Shown here piece by piece: positions 42,735 through 56,417 of a DNA stretch of 64,000 bases. The notes beneath the pieces are model-generated. The model was given only the letters and a program-made list of their open reading frames with translations. It was not told the origin of the DNA and searched no databases. Position 1 is the stretch's first letter. Each line of letters starts with the position of its first letter. This DNA is from Octopus vulgaris (taxonomy: Eukaryota): positions 15,128,001 through 15,192,000 of the forward strand of contig OX597830.1 in the NCBI GenBank assembly GCA_951406725.2, in the 5' to 3' direction. The position numbers were made by a program, and so were the translations under genes.

Positions 42735-43235
42735 ATTTGCCACAAGGCCAGTCCTTAGGGTTACTGTTTTTGTACAGTTCCCTCAACCCAATTTCAAAGA
42801 GCAAGGGAATCTGGATCTTGGCGAAAGAGTTGTGTATTAGAGTCGCCCTAATAAAGCTGGCCTTGAATGAGAACTTTCGCCACCACTCATACAAGAGGCG
42901 CTCGGGATAAATTCCGACTGCCAAGGCCAAGAAGAACCGCTCGAGAAAGGCAAAGAAGCTCCTGAACAATTTTAAGCATCCTGTAGAGCCGTTGAAGACC
43001 TGCCAAGACCGGTTGCACATCACCCAAAAGAAGAGGTGGCTTTTTCTATCTTTTACTCATTTCAGTTATTTAACTGCAGCCATGCTGGAGCACCGCCTTG
43101 AAGCGCTTTAGTCGAGCAAATCGACCGAGGACATATTTAAGCCAGGTACTTATTCTATCGGTCTCTCATTGCCAAACCACTAATGTTATAGTGATGTTAA
43201 CGCACCAATAACGGTTGCCAAGAAGTGCCCCGACC

Positions 43236-43331
<96 letters not shown>

Positions 43332-43880
43332 GACATGCTTCATTCAGTTTCTGTCTACCAAATCCACTCACAAGGCTGTGTTTGACCTGATGCTATAGTA
43401 GTAGACACTTGCCCAAGGTGACATGCACTAGGACAGATACTGGAATCATGTGGTGGTTAACAAACTTCTTACCACACAGCCACGCCTGCGCCTACAATCT
43501 ATGTGATGTCCCGCATATAATGAATACCACGTTCCCCTAATCTGTGACGGTCTTTGAGCGTGTCTCTGGTGAGGATGACGTCATGCCGCCCCACATTTTT
43601 GATCGGAGCCCAAGGCTCAATTCAGATGGTTACATAGCTGGAGATTGTGGTCAAACCCTGGCTGGAGAGGGTTGCTTCTGAAGGCCACATGTTTGACAGC
43701 AGTAATTGGCACCTTGTCATACCTCCAGAAAGAATCTGAAGTGCTTGTCAGAGAATTTCTATCACTTTACCAGCCCCAATTTTTGAGCTTCCTAATTCCC
43801 TCAATTCCAATCCCATTGATTACCAAAAGTGAGGCACGGTTGAGAAAGACACCGACCGTTCTATCTGCAACACCAAGGCA
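42735..43880 (+). pseudogene. maT/DD37D-like Tc1-mariner transposase remnant split by a SINE
   Basis: LAKELCIRVALIKLALNENFRHHSYKRR...RKAKKLLNNFKHP, then VMPPHIF...VVKPWLERVA...LAPCHTSRK...PNSLNSNPIDY (a D-type third residue). Confidence 0.75.
43041..43493 (-). mobile_element. SINE family A, full length
   Basis: Head AGGCGCAGGCGTGGCTGTGTGG and internal (TA)n. Confidence 0.88.
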
Positions 43881-44593
43881 CTTTATTTTACGTTGCTCCA
43901 GTTCAAGCAAAGCAAAGAAAAATAAATAGAATATTTTTTTTTTAATTTCGTAGTCTGTCCCCGACTAACTCGATTATCCATAATTTTATTAGGAGGGAGA
44001 AATTCAGTAACACCCACACCTAAAACTGAATCCACTCGAAGTTCACCTAAATATATAATACAAACGTGGCATGGGAAAATATATGACAAATGATTTACTA
44101 TTTGTCATCTTGCGGCAAGTGAACTATTTTGGGTATTCTCACACCAATCGCATTAACCTGTAACATAATTAACCTGTAACATTTCTCTGACTAATTATAA
44201 CCATAATATGGCATACGATGTGTCATAATAATCTGGTGGTTTAAACCTCACCCAATACTGACCTTACATTGTATACAGCACATAGTAAATTAAACATTTC
44301 ACACTCGATGTACTAGTAATGGCATCATGTGAAAGCAGCGAACGTTATATATCTTTCTCGTTACATTACTACCTGGATAAATAGTTGTAGCGGGAGCCGG
44401 AAATTTTAAATGCAGCGCGTACCGAGACATCTGTGTGTGTATGACGATAACCCCCCCCCCACACACACACACACACACTTCCGATTTTAGTGTCACTGCG
44501 TGACACATTGGGCGAGTGTCTTCTACTATAACCACGAGGCCACCAAAGCCTTTCTGAGTGGATTTGGTAGACAGAAACTGAAAGAAGCCCGTC

Positions 44594-45194
<601 letters not shown>

Positions 45195-45206
45195 GATATA
45201 TATATG

Positions 45207-45255
<49 letters not shown>

Positions 45256-45308
45256 GTACATACGTGCGTGTGAGTGTGAGTCTGTATGTGTGCGTGTGTA
45301 TGGTGTGT

Positions 45309-45351
<43 letters not shown>

Positions 45352-45353
45352 TG

Positions 45354-45545
45354 TGAAGGCGCATGGCTCAGTGGTCAGAGCGTCGTGTTTACGACCGTGA
45401 GGTTGTGAGTTTGAATCTCGGACCGGGCTGTACGTTGTGTTCTTGAGCAAGACACTTTATTTCACATTGCTCCAGTTCACTCATCTGAAGAAATGAGTTG
45501 CGACGTCACTGATGCCAAGCTGTATCGGCCCCTTTGCCTTTCCCT
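45354..45545 (+). mobile_element. SINE family C, third tail variant
   Basis: GAAGGCGCATGGCTCAGTGG head and TGTTCTTGAGCAAGACACTT core. Confidence 0.8.
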
Positions 45546-45720
45546 TTATATACTCAACAAATGCAGCAGTTACTCTATGAAGGAATTCTTAATTTGCATA
45601 CATTAAGTGTTTAACACTATAAATACCAGTGGCCTCTCAACGGGGATCTTAGTCCACATAGTATCAAGGTATGATATAATATATATGTGTGTATATATAT
45701 GTGTGGGGGGTGCAGTACGG

Positions 45721-45776
45721 AATTCTGTCAGTGAACAGGTCGCGGTCTCAAAGCAACGAAAATATTTTGACAAATT
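45721..45776 (+). ncRNA. Minimal hammerhead-like motif with swapped G3-C8 core
   Basis: AAUUcUGUCA-GUGAACA-G-GUCGC-ggucucaaa-GCAAC-GAAA-AUAU-UU-UGACAAAUU. Stem III is the AAUAUU palindrome. Confidence 0.6.
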
Positions 45777-45907
45777 AAATTTAAATGTTGAAGTGAATCT
45801 AACGGTTTTTGTGTATTTCTTAAATGGCTTACAAACACCTTCCACGCTGCAATTGTTTATATATATACAGCTCATAAGCTGAAACTGGAAAAATCAAAAA
45901 TCAAAAT

Positions 45908-45950
<43 letters not shown>

Positions 45951-47310
45951 TATATTAGAAGAAATGGGGTACTCAGAAATCTGGATGGTTTTATATTTAC
46001 AGATATTTATTAGTATATTACATGTTTTTATAAATCATATATCATATTATAGCGCTTTCGTCCATTCTAGTGGAGTTGTAAAATTGAACTTTTGCAGGAA
46101 TTTTGTCTCTTTTTAATTCCTGCAAAAGTTCAATGTCTATGTTCAACTCTATGTTGGGTTTCTAATGATTTCAACCTAGAAATACTGAATTCACAGTGAT
46201 AAATGAACCCGAGGCCAAAATAGCAAACTTATGTTGCCTCTTTAAATAATCTCTTGAACTGGTCGTCCCTCAAATTTACAAAACTCAGTACGTAGAAGGG
46301 AAGGGTTTGGAGTGTAAAGTAGAAACTGGAAAGACAGCACCTCCTTATTCTCTAAATAAGGCTGTATGTTTGAGTGAATTTTACCATCTATTTTCTGTAA
46401 GGTTTCGAAGGATACAAAATTCCAGAAATGTTCATAACAAGTCCCGAATTGTTGAACCTGTTGAAACAGTGTAGGCCGCTTACTTTCTTGTACAAAGACT
46501 TCGGTCTTTGGCCACATATTTGGTTGGTTAATTAAGAATGGGGTTTCGGGTTCAATTCTTCTGTGAAACACGTTAGGTAGACGATTTTTATAGCTTCGGT
46601 TTGAAAAAATGTCATATAAATGAAAACTGGAAGACGGAAACTGCATGGAAGCCTGTTAGAAGAATCGTTCTCACTCTTGGGTAATTTGGTTGAAAATCAC
46701 CGCCTGTTACTGAATATACGTTTCTTGTACTCGGGTCAGGTTTTCAGTCCGAGGATAAATTCCTTCATCCCTCTAATCATGCCGACTCCGAGAAGACTCA
46801 TAGCCATCGTCCCTCCATCCTTCTCCGGTTAATTTAAGTGAGAGAAAACAGGAAAAAAAAATCAGTGGAAAAGACTTTGTAAAAGTATTTGTAATAGATG
46901 ACTCACAGAAAGAGAAATAGCTTCTTGTCAAATTCTGTCGAATCAATAGATGCGTAGCGTTTATTCATAAAGTATTGTTATAGTTATTAGTCACAAACTA
47001 TTGAGACAGAATATCAACCACTGTAAGACGGAGAGACGTTTTGACTTGACCAAGCAAATATAGCAGCCATATTTCCTGTAAATCCGATCTTAGAAAAAGA
47101 AGAAACTGCATAATGTAGTCCCATATATGAAATGCGCTACAAAAACAAGTCACGGCTGGAACGCATATTAGTATAAGTTTGCTGGATGTATGCATATATA
47201 TATAAAAATATGTGTGTGTGTGTTACCAAAATAATAGCGCCAAGCAGTGTTTAGGCATAAGAAAAGTTTAGGTTAGTTAAAATATGTTTGACATAATTCA
47301 ACTGATGTGT

Positions 47311-47353
<43 letters not shown>

Positions 47354-47399
47354 TGTGTGTGTATAAGCATAAAAAACACAACGTGTAATACAATGTTGT

Positions 47400-47707
47400 T
47401 GTTTGTTCCTTCTCGAGCCACGCCTGGCTCATAGGACAGGTTTCCCGATTTCCTTGGCGTATAAGTTCCCCACCTGGACGGGACGCCGGTCCGTTGCAGG
47501 TGAGGTGAGCTGCAAGATGCAGGAAGAAAGCGTGAGAGAAAGTTGTGGCGAAAGAGTCAGCAGAAGTTCGCCATTACCTTCTGCCGGAGCCGCGTGGAGA
47601 TTAGATGTTTCGCTCACAAACACACACACCACCCGGTCTGAGATTCGAACCCCGCGATCCCTCGACCGCGAGTCCGCTGCTCTAACCACTAGGCCATGTG
47701 CCTCCAC
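47400..47707 (-). mobile_element. SINE family D
   Basis: Full length, with imperfect TSD GTAAT(A/G)CAATGT. Confidence 0.9.
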
Positions 47708-48139
47708 GTAATGCAATGTAGTTCACAGTTTTATGTGTCCATTGAATTTTTTTGTGTTTTTATTGATTGTCTGAATACGTTTTGTAATTTGATTGTTTTG
47801 TGCCTTCGTGGTGGGAGGTGATTTCCTCTTGTCGAGTTTTTGTAGTTAGTTAAAGTACGTGTTATGTTTTCTTTTATGATCTCTTTTTAATGACATGTTC
47901 ACTCCTTCTGTAACCGAAGAGTATTTTTTCGTCCTTGTAACATATGAAAGTTATGGTTTGTGCAGTTTTGCAGGGTGCTGCAACTGATATTACAGAAGCA
48001 GTGAATTTGTTCTTCTAATTTTCTGCGAAGTTTTTTTTATTAATCTTTACACGTAGGATTATTTTATTTAATGCGATTTTAATGGACAAATAAAGCTTGT
48101 GTACGAAGCGATTTCACTGCTCATATTCTATATCTATTG

Positions 48140-49083
48140 AAGGTTGTGAGCTGACAGAATCGTTAGCCACGCCGGACGGAATGCTTAGTGGTATTTCGTC
48201 TACCGTTACGTTCTGAGTTCAAATTCCGCCGAGGTCGACTTTGCCTTTCATCCTTTCGGGGTTGATAAATTGAGTACCAGTTACGCACTGGGGTCGATGT
48301 AATCGACTTAATCCGTCTGTCTGTCCTTGTTTGTCCCCTCTGTGTTTAGCCCCTTGTGAGTAGTAAAGAAATAGGTATTTCGTCTGCCGCTACGTTCTGA
48401 GTTCAAATTCCACCGAGGTCGACTTTGCCTTTCAACCTTTCTGGGTCGATTAAATAAGTACCAGTTACGCACTGGGGTCGATGTAATCGACTTAATCCAT
48501 TTGTCTGTCCTCGTTTGTCCTCTCTGTGTTTAGCCCCTTGTGGGCAGTAAAGAAATAGGTATTTCGTCTGCCGTTACGTTCTGAGTTCAAGTTCCACCGA
48601 GGTCGACTTTGCCTTTCATCCTTTCAGGGTCGATTAAATAAGTACCAGTTACGCACTGGGGTCGATGTAATCGATTTAATCCATTTGTCTGTCCTCGTTT
48701 GTCCTCTCTGTGTTTAGCCCCTTGTGGGTAGTAAAGAAATAGGTATTTTGTCCGCTGCTACGTTCTGAGTTCAAATTCCACCGAGGTCGACTTTGCCTTT
48801 CATCCTTTCGGGGTCAGTAAATTAAGTACCAGTTACGCACTGGAGTCGATGTAATCGACTTAATCCGTTTGTCTGTCCTTGTTTGTCCTCTCTGTGTTTA
48901 GCCCCTTATAGGTAGTAAAGAAATAGGTATTTCGTCTGTTTTTACGTTCTGAGTTCAAATTCCGCCGAGGTCGACTTTCATTCTTTTGGAGTGGATGAAA
49001 TAAGTAGCAGCTGGGTACTGGAGTTGATGTAATTGACTTTTCCCCTCCCCCGAAATTGCTGGCCTTGTATCAAAATTTGAAAC
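48140..49083 (+). mobile_element. SINE family B concatemer (head + four 184-bp bodies + variant fifth)
   Basis: GGTATTT unit starts at 48190, 48374, 48558, 48742 and 48926. Confidence 0.93.
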
Positions 49084-49099
49084 CGACATTTTATAGCTA

Positions 49100-49320
49100 T
49101 GGAAGGTGACGAGATGGCAGAATCGTTGGCACACCAGACAAAATACTTGCCGGCATTCCGTTCGTCTTTACGTTCTGAGTTCAAATTCCACCGAGGTCGA
49201 CTTTGCCTTTCATCCTTTCGAAGTCGTTAAAATAAGTACCAGCTGCGTATTGGGAGTCGATGTAATCAACTTACGTCCCTCTGCGAACTTTACTGACCCT
49301 ATTTACAAAATTTGAAATCA
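49100..49320 (+). mobile_element. SINE family B (variant tail)
   Basis: Homologous to family B. Confidence 0.8.
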
Positions 49321-49497
49321 ATATTTTATATGTATGGAAACACTCACTACCACTGTGCAAGTACAAGCCATTTAGTGTGTGTTGTGTACTGAGACGCTAT
49401 ATGTACTGTTACTTTATTACTACATTTATATCTAAGCATGAGTTGTAGTCTGGATTTATCGGAGAGATATGTTAGATTGTATACGTAATGGTGAACT

Positions 49498-49881
49498 GTG
49501 GAGGCGCAATGGCCCAGTGGTTAGGGCAGCGGACTCGCGGTCATAGGATCGCGGTTTCGATTCCCAGACCGGGCGTTGTGAGTGTTTATTGAGCGAAAAC
49601 ACCTAAAGCTCCACGAGGCTCCGGCAGGGGATGGTGGTGATCCCTGCTGTACTCTTTCACCACAACTTTCTCTCACTCTTACTTCCTGTTTCTGTTGTAC
49701 CTGTATTTCAAGGGGCCGGCCTTGTCACTCTCTGTGTCACGCTGAATATCCCCGAGAACTACGTTAAGGGTGCACGTGACTGTGGAGTGCTCAGCCACTT
49801 ACACGTTAATTTCACGAGCAGGCTGCTCCGTTGATTCGGATCAACCGGAACCCTCGTCGTCGTAACCGACGGAGTGCTTCC
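49498..49881 (+). mobile_element. Chimeric SINE (family D head, family C long tail)
   Basis: 11-bp TSD AATGGTGAACT (49487-49497 / 49882-49892) encloses both parts. Confidence 0.88.
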
Positions 49882-50221
49882 AATGGTGAACTACTTTTAT
49901 GAGTCATATTGTTAATTTGTCACCTCTTTCGTTTGTAGCAGTCTCAAGGAACAGGGCATAGCACATCAATAGCATGTTGTGTGCTTAAAATTGCAAGTAA
50001 CTTCGTTTTCTATGTTATCCACGAGGAGGACTCCGTGGTTGCGAGCCCTAGCAGAGAACACAACGGCTCCCCACTCCAGCTGAGTGTATAGCTTGCTTTG
50101 TGGACAACGGATGTAAACCTTAGTTGTTCAAGGCAACAGAAACTTAGTGTAATGGTCTTTATTGTATGGAATGTGTACACGTTATTTAAGCTTGTTCACA
50201 TTTTTTATTTACAGCTGCATT

Positions 50222-50627
50222 GGATCTTTTCGGTTTGAACGGCAGTTTTTAACATAGTTTCTAGGTAACTAAAATATTTTAAACTTCGAATACTGGTAGA
50301 ATGTGTTTATAAAACATCTTTTTCTCTTAACTTTATTGAGAAAATTCTATAGTTTGTAAGATATTTGATGTTTTTTTCTTCAATTTCTGCAATTTCAGCC
50401 AATCAAATACGTCTATTGAGGTAAAAAAAACATTCTGTGCCGTATGATGATGTCCCTCGTTTAAAAATCAGATTGGCTTTATTTACATTTGTGAAGAAAA
50501 AAAGATACCTTTCACCCTAACCCTAAAACAGATTGAAATGCAATAGATCGATACTAGGGTCATAATTATGGGTGACAAGTTCATATGACACCGCTAGAAA
50601 AAACTGCCGTTCAAACCGAAAAGATCC
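50222..50627. mobile_element. Merlin-like MITE copy 2
   Basis: Same TIR, TSD GCTGCATT, short CCCTAA repeat. Confidence 0.92.
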
Positions 50628-50879
50628 GCTGCATTAGTAAAAGGTCCTTCGATATTTGTGATGTAGTTGTTTTGCAGCTTCATCGGTTTCCCATAGAATT
50701 TCTATGAACATATCCAATGATTCTATGCCACATTTCTCTGGTATATATTTCTTTACGAGACTGTTAAGCGATTCTAAGTTTCAGTGTGTTGCTTTGGAAG
50801 ATTACGGACCGAAGAGGGCTATTTTCATTTGTACATTTTAAAAACATCGAAGAAGCAGGCAGGGACAAACTTTCTGATG

Positions 50880-51100
50880 AGCTGTAAATGGAACGCACAT
50901 TATTTGAGCGTTAGCAACAGCAATTAATTTAATTAGTTTGAATTTTAGTTTTGCAGTATTATCTTTCCAAATTTTGATGAATTTCCTGTTATCGGAAAGG
51001 AAATTATATACTTTTTTAATATACTCATCTTTATCCATAATAACAAATAGGTTGCTCTTATCACTTTCGCAAATAATAATATTTTTCCTTATATACATTA
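50880..51100 (-). pseudogene. Penelope-like RT N-terminal fragment
   Basis: NIIICESDKSNLFVIMDKDEYIKKVYNFLSDNRKFIKIWKDNTAKLK resembles the PLE DKG/DKS motif region. Confidence 0.7.
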
Positions 51101-51679
51101 ATTATATATTCTGGTGGGCCCACTCCCGATTCTCGCTTTTAGTTTTGTTGTTGCTGTTGCTGGATATCCGGATTATTTGCAAGAAATCTTTTAAAAAGTA
51201 TTGAAATAAACACTAATTTTTGTGGAAAAATGTCAAATTCATTATCGAAAATATGCTGAAAATAAATTACATATTTAAAAGTCTTTATTTTTCTTTGCTT
51301 TTTTTATGCTAAAGTCTTCTTGCCACCAAAATGTACTTATACCACACTAAATATGCGAAATATGCGTCTATGATCTCAAATTGTAGTGCAGATTACTCAA
51401 GAAAATACAATTTTGATTTTATTTAGCATTGCAATATCATGTGATCTAACGCTTCCCCCTGATAGTGCAACACACGGAGTTGCTCATGAGTAAATAATTC
51501 GGGCTTGAAATCTAACAATTTAACCATTTATGGAGTCTGTAGCTTGTTGACAGCCATTGCAAAGATGTCATACTTAAAGTTGACGACGATAGAATGAAAA
51601 TGAGAATGACTCATTACTTGGTATCAACTTAATTGTGAAGACACTGGCAGTCTATAATAACGATCGTTTTTTGAGATCA

Positions 51680-52275
51680 TCGGTTTCAAATTTTGGCACA
51701 AGGCCAGGAAATTCGGGAGAGGGGTAAGTCGTTACATCGACCCCGTTGTTCAACTGGTACTTATGTCACTGACCCCCAAAGGATGGAAGACACAGTCGGC
51801 CTTGGGAGAATTTGAACTCAGAACGTAAAGACGGAAGAAATGCTGCTCAGCATTTCGTCTGGTGTGTGCTAACGTTTCTTATTTCTTTATTGCCCACAAG
51901 GGGCTAAACATAGAGGGGACAAACAAGGACAGACAAAGGGATTAAGTTGATTACATCGACCCGAGTGCGTAACTGGTACTTAATTTATCGACCCCGAAAG
52001 GATGAAAGGCAAAATCGACCTCGGTGGAATTTGAACTCAGAACGTAGCAGCAGACGAACTACCTATTTCTTTACTGCCCACAAGGGGCTACACACAGAGA
52101 GGACAAACAAGGACAGACAAACGGATTAAGTCGATTATATCGACCTCAGTGTATAACTGGTACTTATTTAATCGAACCCGAAAGGACGAAAGGCAAAGTC
52201 AACCTCGGCGGAATTTGAACTCAGAACGTAGCGGCAGACGAAATACCGCTAGGCAGTTCACCCGGCGCGCTAACG
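51680..52275 (-). mobile_element. SINE family B cluster (dimer plus variant copy)
   Basis: Homologous to family B, with an internal junction near 52060. Confidence 0.85.
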
Positions 52276-52529
52276 TGTCTGCCAGCTCGCCGCCTTACTT
52301 TTGGCCAATCATTACGACGTATATTGTTGACCCACGGTAAGAATGTAACAGTGATTATACCATTTTGTACACTTAGATTCCGCAAAACTATGGCGATGTA
52401 TCCAATTTTTAAGAAGGGCTTGTAGGGTAGCAAACCTTTTACTATAAAATTATTTAGAAATTCTAGTGGAGACAAAAAGAGAATTGTATTCATCATTGGA
52501 TTGTCATTATTATCATTAGGGCGGCAGAG

Positions 52530-52925
52530 GGTGGTGAGCTGGCAGAATCGTTACCGCAGCGAGCAAAATGCTAACCGGCATTTCGTCCGTCGTTATTGTC
52601 TAAGTTCAAATTCCACCGAGGTCGACTTTGTCATTCAGCCTTTCAGGATCGATAAAATAAATACCAGCAGAATACTAGGGTCGTTGTAATCGACTTATCT
52701 CCTACCCGAAATTGCTGGCTTTGTGCCAAAATTTGAAACTATTATAAAGGCGGCGAGCTGGCAGAATCGATAGCACGCCGGGTAAAATGCTTAGCGACAT
52801 TTCGTCCGTCCTTACGTTCTAAGTTCAAATTCCGCCGTGGTCAACGTTAACCTTTCATCCTTTCCGGGTCGATGTAATCGACTAGCACTTTCTCAAATAT
52901 TTTAGGCCTTGTGCCTACAGTAGAA
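52530..52925 (+). mobile_element. Two SINE family B copies (variant tail)
   Basis: Heads GGTGAGCTGGCAGAA at ~52533 and GGCGGCGAGCTGGCAGAA at ~52749. Confidence 0.82.
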
Positions 52926-53144
52926 ATGATTATTATTATTAGAAGTAGTAGTAGTAGTAGTAGTAGTAGCAGTATAATAGTAGTTACAATACTTTACATA
53001 TTAAGTAAAAATGCGTGGCCTAGTGGTTATGGAATTGGGTTTGTCCATCGTCAGGCAGTAAGTTTGATATGTCGGGCCGGCTGCGAGTTATGAGTTTGAT
53101 CACTCCTAGTCATCGCACGTTGCTCCCATCCCGTCACTAAAAAC

Positions 53145-55767
53145 CAGGCACGTGCCGTCAGTAATTACTCAGGGTAGGCAGTTGGTGACCTTTATGTAAT
53201 AAACTATCATCAAAAGATTTGTGAGTGCATAAAAGGATAAAAATATCTAAAATGTTTACTTCCTTATTATATTACCCTATTTGTACATGGAATCCATTCT
53301 TCCCTCTTTCTTGGTAGCATAAATATCAGTCACTTTTTCATAGGAATTAAAAGTAGGGTCTTGCTTCATTTTGTTAAGGCTTTCTTTTCCAATGGGTATT
53401 AAAGCAAGTAAAGAAAGTCTTTGATTTGTCATTCTGTTCCTAGTGTATGTCTTAATTCTTTTCAAAGCAGAAAATGACCCCTCCACAGAAACAATTGCAG
53501 CAGGAACTGTCAAGATTAATTGCACCAACTTCACAGCTTCGAGGAACGTTTGGGTCAGTTTATTTTCAAATATAAATTCAAGCAAAGTTCTAACAAGTTT
53601 ATCTCGAAACACTTAAGCATTGTAAATTCCAGCTCAATCCGCTTTCAGTCTTACGATGTCGAAAAAGTTTCCACAGTTCTTTTCTAAACTTTCAAATGCA
53701 TCCTTACCAACTTGGCAAGCAAGATCTTGAAATTTATTTTAAGGAACTAATGAAATAAACTTTAAGTTTTGGGAATCAGAAAATCTTGTTTTCATGTTCT
53801 TCAGTATGTCATCCAAAATTTCACCAAATATCTCCATTCTTTCTTCTTTAACTGAATCTTTCGTTAAGTTATTTTCTCTGCAACATTCTTCAAACTTTAC
53901 ATACAAATCCTCGAAAATTTTAATTGTCCTTTGATTCTTTCAATGCAGTGTGAAATATCTATCGTTTTGGTTTGTAAGACATTATAAAAAAGGGTCAGTT
54001 TTAATGAAAATTTCATTATAAACCGTCGGAAAAACGTATGTTGAGTCTTTTGTTAGTCACTCATAAAACCCATTGTTTCTCACTAAAGTATCTGGATCCC
54101 ACAAAATAGGATTTATTGTTCATACTGTTGAAGAGTTTGCAAAGGTCACAATAGTATTGTAAAATAGTCTAGATTAGTTTTGAATTCGACCTCCATCTCG
54201 TTGGTTCTGCCTTTGGAATGTGTTTCCTCACTGTCTCAAGTTGAGTTCGTTTTGTAGTGTGATGGAAAAAATTAGGTAAGTGCCCCACTGTTCTCAAAAA
54301 AGCTTGTGTATTCAGGTATGAATTTTGCTGACTAAGAACATGATTTAACTTGTGAGCATAGCAGTGAGTAAATAAAGTCGCTGGTGCCTTTTCTCATACT
54401 TTAACTTGAACGCCACTTAAATTGGCTGCCATCACTAATGCCCCATTGTACATCTACGTTACAAGTTTCTCAAAACAGTCGTATTGATCCAAATTATTAA
54501 ATATACACTCTGTTACACCGCCAAAGTTCTGTCCTTAAGAATGTCAAATCCTATAAAGACTTCTTTGATATCAGAGTCCAACGCGTGCCTCAATACTATA
54601 GATCAGGGCTGTACATGAAATATCTGTCGTTTCATCCGCTTCTATGATAAAAAAAAAAAACGAGGCTTGTGTGACTTCTTCTTTAATATTATTATCTACG
54701 ATCGTGCATACTGTTTCTATCAAATCATTTTGTATCTTAGAAAGGCCAGATAAAACTGATGAATTCTGTAAATGTTGTGCCGATTGGTCATCAAATTTTG
54801 CTGTATAGTTCAGTAACTCAACATAGTTACTGCGATTTAACGATGATTTCTGTTCATTATCTCCGCGAAAAGCAAGTTCCTGTTTAATCAAGAAACAAGT
54901 AGCAGAAATCAATTTTCTTTTTTTAATACATCTCTATTCTCTTTAACCTTTTTACTGTGAACTTCAATGCTGACAGACTTCGATTTGTCTAAAAGCAAGT
55001 CGATTCGTGTAGATCCAAATATTTTCAATGATATTAGGCTTTCATAATATGCTGCCGATCGTTCATGTTTACTTAAAGCATAGGGCAAATTATTTAAATC
55101 ACAATATCCTTCTTTTCCTACACACTTTCACTAGATACAGAAAATAGCAAACATGGGAAACAAAAGAGCCCTTTAATTGTAGTACAGCCGCACAACCACT
55201 CTTTCTTGCTTTACCAAGCAGTTTGAAATGTTCTAATAATTTTTGTCCCTTTCTGTTGTTTTAGGTCCTTAAGTTCTGGTGTTGGTCTACCATTTTTTAC
55301 AGTTTGTCTCTTTTCTTCATAAGACAGTTTTGAAAATGTCTTAAGATAGTCACTATCCATTGCTGAAAAGGAGGGAAAATGAAAATAAAATGGAAATGAG
55401 CTAAAACTGAAAGTAAAACACACAAAGAATAAGCGAAACAGTCGCGTCATTGAGATGGAGGCAGATTTACTTCCGCCTTCATAACACTATAGAAAACGGT
55501 GTTGTAGGAGTGTACACGGCATGTATACTACAGTAGTACCAAGCGTAGCTTAAATACTGAGATTGAAAGGCAAGGGAGAATAATGCCTGCCTAATCTACA
55601 AACAAAATAAATAAAATATTTTGTATTTTATGTATAGTAATCAGAGTAACCTTCATAATTTTATTGAATTAGGCACATATTTTGCCATAAAAGGAAACTG
55701 TTGCTATCGATCTATTTTATTCAAGATAAGCACTGCCTACCTTGCCTACCTAGACGGCACGTCCCTG
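53145..55767 (-). mobile_element. Full-length hAT transposon (2.6 kb), decayed
   Basis: 15-bp TIR CAGG(C/G)ACGTGCCGTC and 8-bp TSD CTAAAA(A)C / CTAAAATC with one mismatch. Inserted in an older SINE-like sequence. Confidence 0.92.
53277..55360 (-). pseudogene. hAT transposase pseudogene (ZMYM1/Tip100-like)
   Basis: GRPTPEL...RTFQTAW, LAFRGDNE...NRSNYVELL, ADETTDIS, THCYAHKLN, PTRWRSNS and the hATC motif LTVPAAIVSVEGSFSALKRIKTYTRNRMTNQRL. Many frameshifts. Confidence 0.9.
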
Positions 55768-56417
55768 CTAAAATCGAACACCAACGACAGCTAAGGGCTG
55801 ACCCTACTGCACAGATTAGCGTCTCCTCCGGGAGTGAGGGAATTTTTGTAACCCCTGTCGCCTGAATACATCGGTAATCCAGTTATATTCAGACTACATG
55901 TGTAGGACTCGAAACTGGGATTTTGTCTTCATTATGCACGACGCCGTTATCTGTTATTGGATAACGCGAAAATTACTATAATGTTGGTGTGCCTACAAAT
56001 GAACCAGCGATGTACAAAAACATTGGATAATCTAGTTATATATAAAGATATATATTAATGATTCATATAAGTGTGTGTGTGTGTGTGGTCCATGAGAAGA
56101 AGGTCAAAGTTCCCTGTAACATCGCTAGGAAGAGTAAAGTTGTGAATTGACTAAAGGTGTTAATCGGACGTACAATCGAAACGGGAAAAATGTATTAAAG
56201 GCCGATGTTAAAAAAATCAAAAAAACATAAATAAAATGATGGCAGAAAAAATAAAACAGTGCAGTAAATTAACCTGGTTTGTAGCAAATATAAAAATGCT
56301 CCATTAAAAGTTGGACAATTCTGACGAAGATACTGTTTCAATGAAGTAAATACAAAAAAAAATTGGCTAGTTTTATTAGCGAACATCGCAAACTTGGAAA
56401 ATTGAGTGACAATCATC

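Noticed and set aside
48190-48960. CRISPR-like or satellite interpretation of the regular repeats
   Set aside because: There are no unique spacers. The units are SINE bodies.
53277-55360. Domesticated ZMYM/ZBED-like host gene
   Set aside because: Multiple stops and frameshifts, and intact TIR/TSD, indicate a dead transposon.
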